Positions 50,105 through 62,979 of a DNA stretch of 64,000 nucleotides are shown one piece after another. Every line of letters starts with the position of its first letter. Position 1 is the first letter of the stretch. Below the pieces are notes generated by a model that was not told where the DNA came from, searched no databases, and saw nothing but the letters and a program-made list of their open reading frames with translations. The DNA is from Scyliorhinus canicula. Taxonomy: Eukaryota. The stretch covers positions 146,827,875 through 146,891,874 of the forward strand of contig NC_052154.1 in assembly GCF_902713615.1 (NCBI RefSeq), given 5' to 3'. Position numbers and translations under genes: made by a program.

Positions 50105-50395
50105 TTCCCAGTGCTGAGTGAGTGCTGCACTGTTGGAGATGCCATCCTTCAGGTGAGATATTAAACTGAGGCCCTGCCTGCCCTCTTATTAGGGTATGAA
50201 ATATCCCATGGCCCTGATTCAACGAAGAGCAGGGGAGTTATCCTTGGTGTTCAGGCCAATATTTATCCTTCAACCAGCATCATTAAAGAAAGATTACCTG
50301 GTCATCATCACATTGCTGTCTGAGTTTCTCTTGGCTGAGTTTCTCTTGGCTGTAAAGAGCTTTGGGGTAACCTGTGGTCATAAAAGGTCCTACTC
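50105..50395 (+). mobile_element. DeuSINE-like (SacSINE1-like) old SINE; related pieces at about 37040-37310, 48860-49380 and 59140-59330
   Basis: tcccatggc...gaagagcaggggagt...ccaatatttatcc domain and a tail ending ttggctgtaaag.gctttggg. Named from memory. Confidence 0.6.
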
Positions 50396-52529
50396 GAGCT
50401 TTTTATGGTGCATTTCATGACAAAGGATTAAGTCATCTTTTTTAGGCATTTGTTGAAGGACCAATATTGGCTAAAACTCCCCTTCTTTTCTTCAAACAGT
50501 ACCATGGGACCTTTTGCATGTACCTGAGATAGCAGATGGTCACAGTCTAAAATCTCATCTTCAGGGCAGTGCATCCAACAGTACCGCACTCCCTCAGTAA
50601 TTGTCCAAAGGATGTTTAAACATTGGCTATACCCTCATGATTTATCACCACAGACATTCTGCGAATGTCATATCCCACCTAATCAACCCTTAATCTCAGA
50701 AGTAGATGTAAGTGCCTCTACCTTTCAGCATTAAACAGAAAGCCATTTTGTTTTAAATTATTTTCCATTTTCTTATCATTTCTTCTCCTATCCGCTTCCC
50801 TCCCTCCCCTGTTCTCTCATCTCCTCTTTCCTCTCTTCCCCTTCACTCCCCCTTTTCCCTGTCTTCTCTCTTTTCCTCCGAAGTGCGCCAATTATTGTTG
50901 TTCTAGCATTATCATCTTCAAAAACGTTTCTTTGAATACAATTTCATCACACATAATTAACTCCATTATTATGTGAAGCTGACAAAAACAGAATTTCCTA
51001 AGAGAAACTGTTTCTAATGGAGAAAGGTTATTTAAAGTGATAGGCAAAAGAACCTGAGGCAACATTAAGAAAAGCTTCCCCACACAACAAAGTATGAGGA
51101 TTTTGAATGCACTGCATGGATATTGATTCAATTGTAATAATTAAAGATGAATACTTGGAGGAGAAATGATTGTTAGGGATATGGGGGAAAAACTGTCCTG
51201 TGTGACTGAATTAATTGCTTTTCAAAAGAGCCAACCCAACTAGATGGGCCAAATGGTCTCTTTCTGTTCTGTACTGTTTTATAATTCTATCTTAATGCTG
51301 AAAGGTGCATTTTACAGTCGGTACACAATTTAGCTTTGCTATTCAACTTCTTTAAGCGAGTGGGAAATGGTAGACCTCTGCTCTGATCAAATGGCTGCAC
51401 TCCGTTCCTATTCTCTTCGGAGGTAGTAACCAGTAAGAGGTCAAAGGTCAAAATTCTGCTGAGGGCAAATGACTTAACCAATTATTGGAAGCACATTTTG
51501 ATGTGGTATCTGACAGGTGTGGAGGATTCTGAAGGTAGTTTTGCCATAAGTCTGTATAGTCCTTGCAAAATAAACCACCTCCACGCACACAGGATAATTC
51601 AGCCCAAGAAGAATCAAAGATGGCGAGCACTATGGAAGTAATTGTGCTGGTGTTGGGAGCTGTTATTGCCATGGTAATGTAATATGTTCAACATGCATTG
51701 TACGCAGATGTGACCTGTAGTTTAACAGGATAATAAATGAGATCTCAATCTGAACCAGAACAAAGGAGGAATATCTATCAGTCTAAGTTTTAAAATGTGC
51801 TGTGACAGACACAGAGGAATAAGTACTGTATAAATTCCAATGCCCTTTGGCAAGTTTGCTAAATTATAATATCATTGGAGTAAATACCTTTGGGCAGTGT
51901 TAAAATAGGAGTAAAATCTATATCACCTGTGTGGATTTTTCCTTGTTCGTTATTTACACCTACATTTTAAATTTATTTTCTTCACTGGCTCGTACAGAAA
52001 ATAAATAGAGCTCACAGATCTCACTTCAGTTTCTCTCGCTGATAGTCAAGTCTCTGGAGTGTGCTATCTGATGGCCAGTCTGAGATTGTCAGTTACGTTA
52101 AAGTGACAGCCCAACACTTTAATGCAACTGCAATATGTGGGATAGGAACTCATCTGATAGCAAGCTCCCCCCGGTCACCAGAAAGCTTCTTTAACTATCC
52201 ACAAGGTACAAGTCAGGAGTGTGATGGAAAACTCAGCACACACTTGGATGGGTAATGCTGCAACTACATGCAAGAAGCTCAATATCAATCAGGCTACTTA
52301 ACTGACAACTTGGTCATCAGATTTAATGGCCGCGTTGTGCTTAAGTGAGAGAGTGACGAGACTGTTAAATCACGGAAGAGGCCAAAATCGAAACAGCACC
52401 AGCCGCTGACCTTTTGGCTCCGAGGATTCCACCATAATAGTTGCGGCACAGCTATCATCTCCATCCTCTGCCACTGCAGAGGCACATACCTCGTTTGGTG
52501 AAAGTAGCGGACAGCCTTCTGGGGCATAT

Positions 52530-52855
52530 TCTTTTTAATTTAGTTTGTTCATGAGACATGGGCTTCGTTGGCTAGGCCAGCATTTTTGCCCATCCCTAAT
52601 TGCCATTGCTGCGGGTCTGGATTCACCAGGTCTAGGCCAGACCAGGTAAGGACAGCAGATTTCCCTCCCTAAAGAACATTAGTGAACCAGGTGGGTTTTT
52701 ATGACAAGCGACAATGGTTTCATGGTCATCATTAGACTTTTAAGTCCAGATTTTTTATTGAATTCTAATTTCACCATCTGCAGTGGTGGGATTCGAACCT
52801 GGGTCCCAGAGCATTACTTTGGGTCTCTAGTTTACTAGTCCAGTGACAATACCAG
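52530..52855 (-). mobile_element. tRNA-headed SINE with conserved central domain, nested in the Harbinger element (older relative at about 13850-14105)
   Basis: B-box ggttcgaatccc on the minus strand, then ggttcactaatgttctttagggagggaaatctgc and a LINE-like tail. Confidence 0.7.
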
Positions 52856-53149
52856 GTATTGTCTGGTCGTTCCTGTCTCCTGTTGTGCATCTAGAATTGT
52901 GTGGAGCACCACACAGGATGGTAAAGGGAGGAGGGGGGCGACAGAGGGATGGGGGAGAAGCGGGTGGGAAGGGGGGGTTGGGGAGAGGGCAATGATCGGC
53001 GAAGCTACGTCCTATGTGAAGCGGGCGAGGAACAGGGCATCCTTGGCCGGCAAGGCCTGCCAGACCCTTGCCACTGCCGCCTGTTCTCCATTCTCTGACT
53101 GGACCTTTGGGTCCTCTCCGGGCTCGTCCTCCAGCCCCTCCAGGTCCGA

Positions 53150-54390
53150 CGCCTCCTCATCCTTGTACCCCCTCCTCGGAGTTGGCTACATATTTCTCCT
53201 CCTCCACTTCCAACATGTCCCATTGCTGCTGTGCCAGGTTGTGGAGAACACAGCAGACCTCCACACAATGCGGGTGAAACTCTACGGGTGTATTGAAGTG
53301 CACCACAAAGTAGTCGAGGCATTGGGAGCGCATGTTGAGGAGTCCAATGCACTTAATGACAGCCCAGGTGGCTGCATGGGCCTCATTGTATCAGGTCTCC
53401 CCATCAGTCACCGGCCTCCATACTTGCGTCCTTAGCCAGGTCCTCAGTGGGTTCCCTTTATCCCTCAAGAGCCAACCGGCCATCCTAGGTGGTCCTCGAG
53501 GAGGCTGGGGATGTCGGACTGCCCCAGGATGTAGCTGTCGTGCACACTCCCTGGGAAGCATGCACACACATGCATGATCTGCAGGTGGTGAGCGCACACA
53601 CCAGCTGAATGGTCAGCAAGTGGAACCCCTTCCTGTTGATGTAGGGAGCTCCCAGATGGTCCGGTGAGTTATCAGCCCCTGGACCTGGGGCATCCTGGCG
53701 ATGGCGGAGGATACTGCTATCCGGGCATCTTGTTGGGCCTGGTCCATGTCAAAGTTTATATAGTTTTCTACCCAGGCAAACATGACTTCTCGGATGCCAA
53801 ACAAGTCCTCGCTCGAGCCCTGGAATGATCCTGGGGCAGAGAGGTTCAGGGACGCAGCCACCTTGATGGCCACCGGGAGCAGGAATCTTCCTCCTCCACA
53901 TGGTGCCAAGTCCGCGAGGACATGGCACAGGTGCTGCACCATCCCTTTGTTGAGGTGGAGCCTCCTGCGGCACATAGAACATAGAAAAATACAGCACAGA
54001 ACAGGCCCTTCGACCCACGATGTTGTGCCGAACGTTTGTCCTAGATTAAGAACAAATTAATCTACACCCCATCATTCTACCGTAATCCGTGTACCTATCC
54101 AATAGCCGCTTGAAAGTCCCTAATGTTTCTGACTCAGCTACTTCCACAGGCTGTCTGTAATCTGTTTGAAAGACCAGTGGCATCTGTACACCTTGCGGGC
54201 CTCCCCTTCTGGGTCCCTCCTGGCCCGATGGACGACTGAGTCCACAGGGTGTGGAACGGGGCCCTGCATAAGGACCACTGCCTCGGGCCTCTGTCGATGC
54301 TGCAGTCGTTGCCTTGTGTGGTGGCTGGCCACCCGGCCTGAAAGCAGCACCACAAGTATAAGTTCTGCGGGGTTCAAGATATCGTCCATG
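53150..54390 (-). pseudogene. Harbinger (DDE_Tnp_4/HARBI1-like) transposase remnant
   Basis: Fragments across frames: LPVAIKVAASLN..APGSFQ, MPQVQG, YINRKGFH, FPGSVHDSYIL, WLLRDKG.PL..WL, YNEAH..T, CCVLHN. Multiple frameshifts; interrupted by a CR1 tail. Confidence 0.85.
53971..54150 (-). mobile_element. CR1/HER1-type 3' end inserted in the Harbinger transposase
   Basis: catagaacatagaa tail and acaggcccttcgaccc, the same tail as the V-SINEs in this window. Confidence 0.8.
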
Positions 54391-55464
54391 CCGTGCAATA
54401 TCTGTGAGGAATTGGTGAGACTGACAACCAACCATGTCTTCCTTCCACCCCGAGGCCCTCCATGTCCCCCACCTCTCTCCACCCCCCCGTCATCCGATAT
54501 GCCTTGCCCACGTATGCCCAGCCACAGCGGCGGCCCTGATCACTGCACCCCAGACTCTGTACCTGTGGTGATAGCGCCACAGTACCCCAGACACCCATAC
54601 GTGACGTTACCTGGATTGGGCACCGGTCCCCTCCCCAGTGAACATGCCCACCCTCTGATTGCAGAGATGTTCCTGGTTCCGGGGCCCAGCCCTGGGTGTT
54701 CAGATGTTGGCCGCTGTGTCCTACATGTTGCCTCCCACAGTATTCAGGCACAATAGTCTGATCGGGAGGCTGGGCAATGACTCCCACTTGCTACATGGCA
54801 TGTCTGCATGGCATGTCTACCCACACGGATCCATATGCGATTTGTGAAGTTCCCATTTGGCAGCACGGTAGCATAGTGGTTCGCCGTGGCCAGTCTTGGT
54901 CAGGGTGGGCCGCCATTGGGGGAGGGGTACTGTGGAGCAGGGGGGTGGCCGCTTATGGCCTGGTCTAGGTTTGGGGAGGGGCTTCACAGCACCAGGGTCC
55001 CAGGTTCAATTCCTGCTCGATTCCGCCAAAGGAAGCGAGTGGGCCGGTTAGGTAGCACACAGATTGCACCCGGTGCGGTTCTTCTTTTTGGCATCTCCCG
55101 CAATTTAACGGCCTTGTCACCCTGTCGCTTATGTGCAATGCTGCCATTAAATAATGACCTACGTACAGATGCAGAAAAAACACCACAGTTACATTGCTGG
55201 CCTGTAGTTTCTTAGATGAGTTCTTGCTTTAACTGGAGTGAAGATCTTGAAAAGTAAAAGATTCTTATGGTTAATTGCTCGGAGTTGGTTCTTGGGTGAA
55301 CCTGAAGTCAGGACAGGTTGGAAAAAGTCCTTCTCTCAATTTGTGTTTTTACCGTGGCTGCTTATTTGATTGCAATATGTTTAACAGCTTTCTGGCTCTG
55401 CAGAGCCAATTCTTATTATGTTGACAGTGGAGAGAAAACATGCCTATCTCATCCATATGATTAA

Positions 55465-56300
55465 AAAATATATATTTTAACAATTAAACATATAAAATAC
55501 ATTACATTTGCAAAATAAAACCAAACACAAAACCAACCCCCCCCCCCCACCCCCCACCTTTCCCCCTCCCCTCCTCATAAGCAGTTGGCAGCAACCAGAT
55601 CTCCAAAATACAATAGAAACAAACCTAATCTCTTGTGGAACCCCTCACTCGTCCTCCCAGAAACAAATTTAATCTTCTCTAAATACAAAAACTCCATTAG
55701 ATCCCCCAGCCACACTGAGGCACAGGGTAGAGAAGCTGGCCTACTCCCCAACAGGATGCGCCTGCAAGCGATCAATGAGGCAATGGTTAAAACACCTGCT
55801 CCCGCACACATCTGCAACTTCGACAAGTCCAACCCTCTTAATATGCCCCCCAGGGGACTGGGCTCTAAGTCCATATGTAAAATTGGCAACATGGTGCTGA
55901 AGAATGACCCCCAAAACTTCTCCAACTTCAGGCTGGACCAGAATATGTGTGCATGATTGGCTTGGGTCCCTTCCACACCACTCACAAATATCCCCCACCC
56001 CCTCAAACAACCTACTCATCCTCGGCTTTATTAGGTGCACTGTGCACTACCTTTACCTGTATCAACCCAGCCTCGCACACAAAATTGAGGTATTCATCCT
56101 CCGCATCACCTCACACCGCAGTCCCTCCTCCAGTGCCTTCCTCAGTTCCTCTTCCCACTTGGCCTTAACCCCTCCAGAGACATCCTATCCTCCTCCAAAA
56201 TCCTCCCAGAAATTGCAGAGTTGAGCCACTTCCCGACCCAATCACTGACAACGTGCCCTCACCATAAAGGATAGACCTTGTTCACAAAATCCCGCACCTG
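55465..56300 (-). mobile_element. L1-clade LINE 3' end
   Basis: HAHIFWS..KLEKFW, ASLIACRRILL, WLGDLMEFLYLEKIKF. Confidence 0.82.
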
Positions 56301-56738
56301 CATGTATCATCCATATGTCTTGTCCAAAGTCCTTTTTCAAATAGGGTGGTGTATTAGGCCAATAAACACCCTGTGTTGTGAGTTTGAGACGGTAAAGGTC
56401 TTTGTTTTGGATGCGAGATCATCGCAATGCAGTGAAAGATTGATAAATCCATTTCACATTCATCCAGCATCCATTGAGTTTTGTTGTCACCGAGACAAGT
56501 TGTTTGCAAACCCTGTCATTGACATTGTCAAATGGTATTGTCACTTAGCGAGGCCATTGACTGACCCGTGTAAGCTATGGGAAGCATCAAAGTGGCATGG
56601 TGCCCCACTTTGCATGGGGACGAGTTGCATTGTTGAGACAATGGAGGGATATGCATTTTGCATGAATCCATGCTGTGCCAAATCTGAGAGTGCTGTTTCT
56701 TCTGCTTATCCTGAGGTATTAGACTTCAAAAGAGTCCT

Positions 56739-57417
56739 GGGGCGGAATTTTCCGACCCCTGCAGGGTCGGGGAATCGCCCAGGGCCTTCGTAAATCCCGC
56801 CCCCGCCGTGGCTGGAATTCTCCGCCACCCGGGAATCGGCGGGAGTGGGAATCGCGCCCCGCCGGTTGGCGGGCCGCCCGCGGCGATTCTCCGGCCCGTG
56901 ATGGGCCAAAGTCCCGCCGCTGTCAGGCCTCTCCCACCGACATGGTTTAAACCACCTCTGTGCCGGCAGGAGCAGGTGGCGCAAGAGGGCCCTGGGGTCC
57001 TGGGGGAGGCGCGGGGCGATCGGACCTCTGGGGGTGCCCCCACGGTGGCCTGGCCCGCGATCGGGGCCCACCGATCGGCGGGCGGGCCTGTGCCGTGGGG
57101 ACACACTTTTTCTTCCGCCGCCGCCACAGCCTCCACTATGGCGGAGGCGGAAGAGACCCCCTCCACCGCTCCGGCGCCGGTGGTGACGACAGCGGCCGCT
57201 GACGCTCCCGCGCACCAGCAAAAGCCTTTCGGCTGGCCGGCGTGGCGCCAAAGGCCATTGGCGGCAGTCGGCGGAACGGGAGCCACTCCAGCGCGGGCCT
57301 AGCCCCTAAAGGTGCGGAGAATTCCGCACCTTTGGGGAGGCCCGACGCCAGAGTGGTTGGCGCCACTCCGCTACGCCGGGACCCCCCGCCCCGTCGGGTA
57401 GGGGAAAATACTGCGAC
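56739..57417. mobile_element. GC-rich MITE-like element
   Basis: ggggcggaattttcc left end and a decayed right end. An internally deleted relative lies at 30164-30358. Confidence 0.75.
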
Positions 57418-57516
57418 TGGACTTAATCTTCCATGACCACTGTTTAAGCACAGATTAAGAGCTCTGGGTCGGAGAATTCCGCCCCTGGACTCTTTTGAAG
57501 TCTAATACCTCACTTA

Positions 57517-57860
57517 CGGCAGCACGGTAGCATAGTGGTTAGCATCAATGCTTCACAGCTCCAGGGTCCCAGGTTCGGTTCCCGGCTGGGTCACTGTCTG
57601 TGCGGAGTCTGCACGTCCTCCCCGTGTGTGCGTGGGTTTCCTCCGGGTGCTCCGGTTTCCTCCCACATCCAAAGATGTGCGGGTTAGGTGGATTGGCCAC
57701 GCTAAATTGCCCGTAGTGTCCTAAAAAGTAAGGTTAAGGGGGAGTTTTTGGGTTACGGGTATAGGGTGGATACGTGAGTTTGAGTAGGGTGATCATTGCT
57801 CGGCACAACATCGAGGGCCGAAGGGCCTGTTCTGTGCTGTACTGTTCTAAATCTAAATTA
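57517..57860 (+). mobile_element. tRNA-derived V-SINE (HE1-type)
   Basis: A/B-box-like head, V-domain gtgggtttcctccgggtgctccggtttcctcccac, CR1-type tail gggccgaagggcctgttctgtgctgtactgttct. Confidence 0.9.
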
Positions 57861-58114
57861 TGAAAGGAACAAATATAAAATGTGATTTCCCTTTGTGATA
57901 AACTCTTCATAATAAAAACAGAAGATTCCCACAGCAACAGGATAACACTGACTCTATCCTCACTCAAGGTCCTTGAGACACAATGAAATGATGGAAAAGC
58001 AAGATAACATGTAGCCCTCTCTGTACTTCTGAAAATATGAGATTGAGAACCGCAGTGACAATGTTTGCCAATGAAGCAGCTTGCTTGAAAGCTTAAAACC
58101 AATAGATTGGAAGA

Positions 58115-58512
58115 TGTCACGATATGCAGACATGCAGAAAATGATATACAGACAGGAAGCTAATGAACACAGAGAACAGGACATGACCAATGTGCAGGCA
58201 GGACACTCAGGGGTGGTATCTCACTATAAAAGGCACGAGGCACTCACACTCCCTCTTTCCACTGATGAACATCTACAGAGTGAGTCAGGGTGTATTTACA
58301 ATATCACACCTCCAGCATGTGGCTGAGAGCAAGTCTGGTTCAGTCAGAGTAACCACACTTAGGTTAGCAGAGAGTCGAACTCATAGAGAACTGAGCTAAC
58401 TGTGCTACTTGTTCAATAAATCAAATTGAACTAACTTCAAGGTCTGGAGTATCTTTTGGTTAAAGCTGCATCCAGTTGCAGCCTGTGTTATCCCAGAGTA
58501 CATAATACATCA
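58115..58512 (+). mobile_element. Solo LTR-like element (about 400 bp)
   Basis: TGTCACG...CATCA termini, CCAAT near 58187, TATAAA at 58225, AATAAA at 58415. Bounded by the 9-bp direct repeat agatgtcac. Confidence 0.7.
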
Positions 58513-59947
58513 GATGTCACCTCAATAAGTCAGATAGGCTGCCTATAAACTTCCCCTCATTGAGTAGAGTGCACAGGAAATGACTCAAAGTGACTAAGTT
58601 GAAAACAGATATGCTGCAGTGAATCCATCTCAAACTTACCAAATAGACCACAATATAAAACACTGGACAGATATATTTTCTCAGATGGGTTGATTTTGTA
58701 GCAGAGATGAAAGGTCAGAAACAGACCCATCATTTATCACAGAATAATGTGAATCAGTGATTTTCAATTGCTGTACTGCATTTTTGATGCATCTCAGGCA
58801 AGGCAAGGACACTTTCTGGCATTAGAAAGAAAGGTCGACTGAGTCACAATGGCTGGTAAATTATGGTGTTTTGTAGTTGTTAATGGAATATCAGCACTTC
58901 ACTGTAAGTTATCTCCTGTCTGCAAAGAGCTTCAACAATTGAGCGACTGGTACATAGAGATGAAAGTGCAAAATGAGCGAATAAATCTATGGTAAGTAAA
59001 TCAAGACATCCCAAACTACAAACAACACACAAACTACCTGGATATTCTCTGATGGGACAGTTTGAGAATCATTTGTACTCGATTATCTTCTGTTCTTCAC
59101 ACTCAAAAATAGGCATTTTAAAGAAAACAATTTGTTCTTACATATCATCCAGATATCCTAAAGCACTTTATCGCCAATTATTTTTTATTGAAGTACAGTC
59201 ACTATTGTAATGTAGGAAATGTTGCAGCCAATTTGCACACAGTGAACTCCCAAGAACAGCAGAGAATGATCAGATAATAAGTTTCAGTAATGCTGGTTGA
59301 GAGGTAAGTATTGGTCTGAATGCTGTGGAGAGCTAGCCTACGCTTCTGTGAAATAGGATATTTTACTTGAGAAAATGACCCGGAGATTTGGCATAACGTT
59401 CCCTTAAACAAATGGCAGCTCTTTGTGCAGCACCCCCTCGGTATGGCTCTCAGGCCTGAATTATATGCTCAAGTCTGAGACTTGACAGACAAGAGAACGG
59501 AAGTGTATTTTACCTTTGTGTAATCTTTACTCTTTCTCTTTTGCTTGATCTTTTGTGTGTATTCAGGCATTAGCTGGTGATAATTAATGAACTGATTCTA
59601 AAACAAAAGGCCACCCGAGCCTCAGCTAAAACTGTTGAGCAGTTGCTGTTCAGTATTTCTTGGTGTATTCACTAGAGGACAAATTAGTGCTGTGTATTAT
59701 GGGCTGGATTCTCCGATTTGAAGACTTAAGTGCTGACGCCGGCGTGGGAACAATGATGTTTTACGTCTGAACAAATGGCACGAAAACTGCACCCATCCTC
59801 CGTCTGGTGGGGGGCTAGCAGGCACGCAGAATAAAGCCTCCAGCTTTACCTGTAGATACGGCCGGAGAATTGTCGGGTCCGTGGCCACCCAAGCACACGG
59901 CAGCGGCCTGCAACATGGCGCTGGCGACGCGCAGACCTGGCCTCCAC

Positions 59948-62900
59948 ATACTGTACCCCTGGTTGAGGGAAGGACAGGATTGGCAGCTAAACATTCCAGG
60001 ATTTAGATGTTTCAGGCGAGATAGAAGGGGGTGTAAAATGGGTGGAGGAGTTGCACTACTGGTTAAGGTGAATATCACAGCTGTACTGCGGGAGGACACC
60101 TCAGAGGGCAGTGAGGCTATATGGGTAGAGATCAGGAATAAGAAGGGTGCAGTCACAATGTTGGGGATTTTCTACAGGCCACCCAACAGCCGCGGGCGAG
60201 AAGCAGATAGGTAGACGGATTTTGAAAAGGAGTAAAAGCAACAGGGTTGTTGTGATGGGAGACTTTAATTTCCCCAATAATGACTGGGACACACTTAGTG
60301 CTAGGGGCTTGGATGGGGCAGAGTTTGTAAGGAGCATCCAGGAAAGCTTCTTAAAACAATATGTAGATAGTCCAACTAGGGAAGGGGCTGTACTGTACCT
60401 GGTATTGGAGAATGAGCCCGGCCAGGTGGTAGAAGTTTCAGTTGGGGAGCATTTCGGGAACAGTGACCACAATTCAGTAAGTTTTAAAGTGCTGGTGGAC
60501 AAGGATAAGAGTGGTCCTAGGGTGAATGTGCTATATTGGGGGAAGGCTAATTATAACAACATTAGGTGAGAACTGAAGTACATTGTTTGGGGGAGGATGT
60601 TCGAGGATAAATCAACATTTGACATGTGGGAGGCTTTCAAATGTCAGTTGAAAGGAATTCAGGACCGGCATGCTCCTGTGAGGAAGAAGGATAAATATGA
60701 CAAATTTTGGGAACCTTGGATAATGAGAGTTATTGTAGGCCTCGTCAGAAAGAAAAGGGAGGCATTTGTCAGGGCTAGAAAGCTGGGAACAGACGAAGAC
60801 TGTGTGGAATACAAGAAAGTAGGTAGAAACTTAAGCAAGGAGTTAGGTGGGCTAAAAGGGGTCACGAAAAGTCATTGGAAAATAGGTTCAGGAAAAACCC
60901 AAGGCTTTTTACACGTACATAAAAAGCAAGAGGGTAGCCAGGGAGGGGGTTGGCCCACTGAAGGACAGGGGAGGGAATCTATGCGTGGAGCCAGAGGAAA
61001 TGGGTGAGGTACTAAATGAATACTTTGCATCAGTATTCACCACAAAGAGAAGGAATTGGTGGATGTTGAGTCTAGAGAAGGATGTGTAGATAGCCTGGGT
61101 CACATAGTGATCCAAAAAGACGAGGTGTTGGGCATCTTGAAAAATATTAAGGTGGATAAGTCCCCAGGGCCTGATGAGATCTATCCCAGAATACAGAAGG
61201 AAGCAAGAGAGGAAATTCCTGAGACCTTGACAGAAATCTTTGGATCCTCACTGTCTTCAGGTAATGTCCCGGAGAACTGGAAAATAGCCAATGTTGTTCC
61301 TTTGTTTGAGTAGGATAGCAAGGATAAGCAAGGATAGCAAGGGGCAGCAGGGTAGCATGGTGGTTAGCATAAATGCTTCACAGCTCCAGGGTCCCAGGTT
61401 CGATTCCCGGCTGGGTCACTGTCTGTGTGGAGTCTGCACGTCCTCCCCCTGTGTGCGTGGGTTTCCTCCGGGTGCTCCGGTTTCCTCCCACAGTCCAAAG
61501 ATGTGCGGGTTAGGTGGATTGGCCATGCTAAATTGCCCGTAGTGTCCTAATAAAAGTAAGGTTAAGGGGGGGTTGTTGGGTTACGGGTATAGGGTGGATA
61601 CGTGGGTTTGAGTAGGGTGATCATGGCTCGGCACAACATTGAGGGCCGAAGGGCCTGTTCTGTGCTGTACTGTTCTATGTTCTATGATAATCCAGGGAAC
61701 TACAGGCTGGTGGGCCTTACCTCAGTGGTAGGGAAATTACTGGAGAGAATTCTTCGAGACAGGATCTACTCCCATTTGGAAGCAAGTAGTCGTATTAGCG
61801 AGAGGCAGCACGGTTTTGTGAAGGAGAGGTCGTGTCTCATAAAATTGTCTCCTTTTCGAGGAGATCACAAAGACGATTGATGCAGGTAGGGCAGTGGATG
61901 TTGTCTATATGGACTTCAGTAAGGCCATTGACAAGGTCCCTCATGGCAGACTGGTACAAAAGGTGAAGTCACACGGGATCAGAGGTGATCTGGCAAGATG
62001 GATACAGAACTGGCTAGGTCATAAAAGGCAGAGAGTAGCAATGGAAGGGTGCTTTTCTGATTGGAGGGCTGTGACTAGTGGTGTTCCACAGGAATCAGTG
62101 CTGGGACCTTTGCTGTTCGTAGTATATATAAATGATTTGGAGGAAAATGTAACTGGTCTGATTAGTAAGTTTGCGGATGAAACAAAGGTTGGTGGAATTG
62201 TGGATGGCAATGAGAACTGTCAGAGGAAACAGCAGGATTTAGATTATTTGGAGACTTGGACGGTCAGATGGCAGATGGAGTTTAATCCGGACAAATGTGA
62301 GGTAATGCATTTTGGAAGGTCTAATACAGGTAGTGAATATACAGTGAATGGTAGAACCCTCAAGAATATTGACAGTCAGCGAGATCTTGGTGTACAGGTC
62401 CACAGGTCACTGAAAGGGGCAACACAGGTGGAGAAGGTAGTCAAGTAGGCATACGGCATGCTTGCCTTCATTGGCTGGAGCATTGAGTATAAAAATTGGC
62501 AAGTCATGTTGCAGCTGTACAGAACCTTAGTTAGACCACACTTGGGGTATAGTGTTCAATTTTGGTCGCCACACTACCAGAAGGATGTGGCGGCTTTAGA
62601 GAGGATGCAGAAGACATTTACCAGGATGTTGCCTGGTATGGATGGCATTAGTTATGAGGAGAGGTTGAATAAACTTGGTTTGTTCTCACTGGAACAAAGG
62701 AGTTGAGGGGCGACCTGATAGAGGTCTACAAAATTATGAGCGGCATAGTCAGAGTGGATAGTCAGAGACTTTTTCCCAGGGTAGAGGGGTTAATTACTGG
62801 GGGGCAGAGGTTTAAGGTGCGAGGGGAAGGCTTAGAGGAGATGTACGAGTTATGTTTTTTACGCAGAGGGTATTGGGTGCCTGGAACTCGCTGCCGCAGG

Positions 62901-62979
62901 AGGTCGTCGATAGTGACGTTTAAGGGGCATCTTTACAAATAAATGAATAGGATGGGAATAGAGGGATACAGAACCCGGA
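59948..62979 (+). mobile_element. CR1-clade LINE ORF2 remnant (AP endonuclease plus RT)
   Basis: WQLNIPG.RCFRRDR, VVMGDFNFP, SDHN, KSPGPD.IYPR, YMDFSKA.DKVPH, SGVPQ.SVLGPLLF..YINDL, KFADETK. Contains stops and frameshifts. Confidence 0.95.
61341..61686 (+). mobile_element. V-SINE inserted inside the CR1
   Basis: Highly similar to 57517-57860. Interrupts the CR1 between VVPLF...K and DNPGNYR. Confidence 0.92.

Larger units (their letters stand above)
52312..55159 (-). mobile_element. Decayed PIF/Harbinger DNA transposon with long imperfect TIRs
   Basis: 52321 atttaatggccgcgttgtgcttaagtgagagagtgacgagactgttaaat...gccaaaa is the approximate reverse complement of about 55085-55152. Encloses a HARBI1-like transposase relic. 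Confidence 0.82.

Noticed and set aside
57517-57590. tRNA genes
   Set aside because: The A/B-box heads continue into V-domain and LINE tails, so these are SINE heads rather than tRNA genes.
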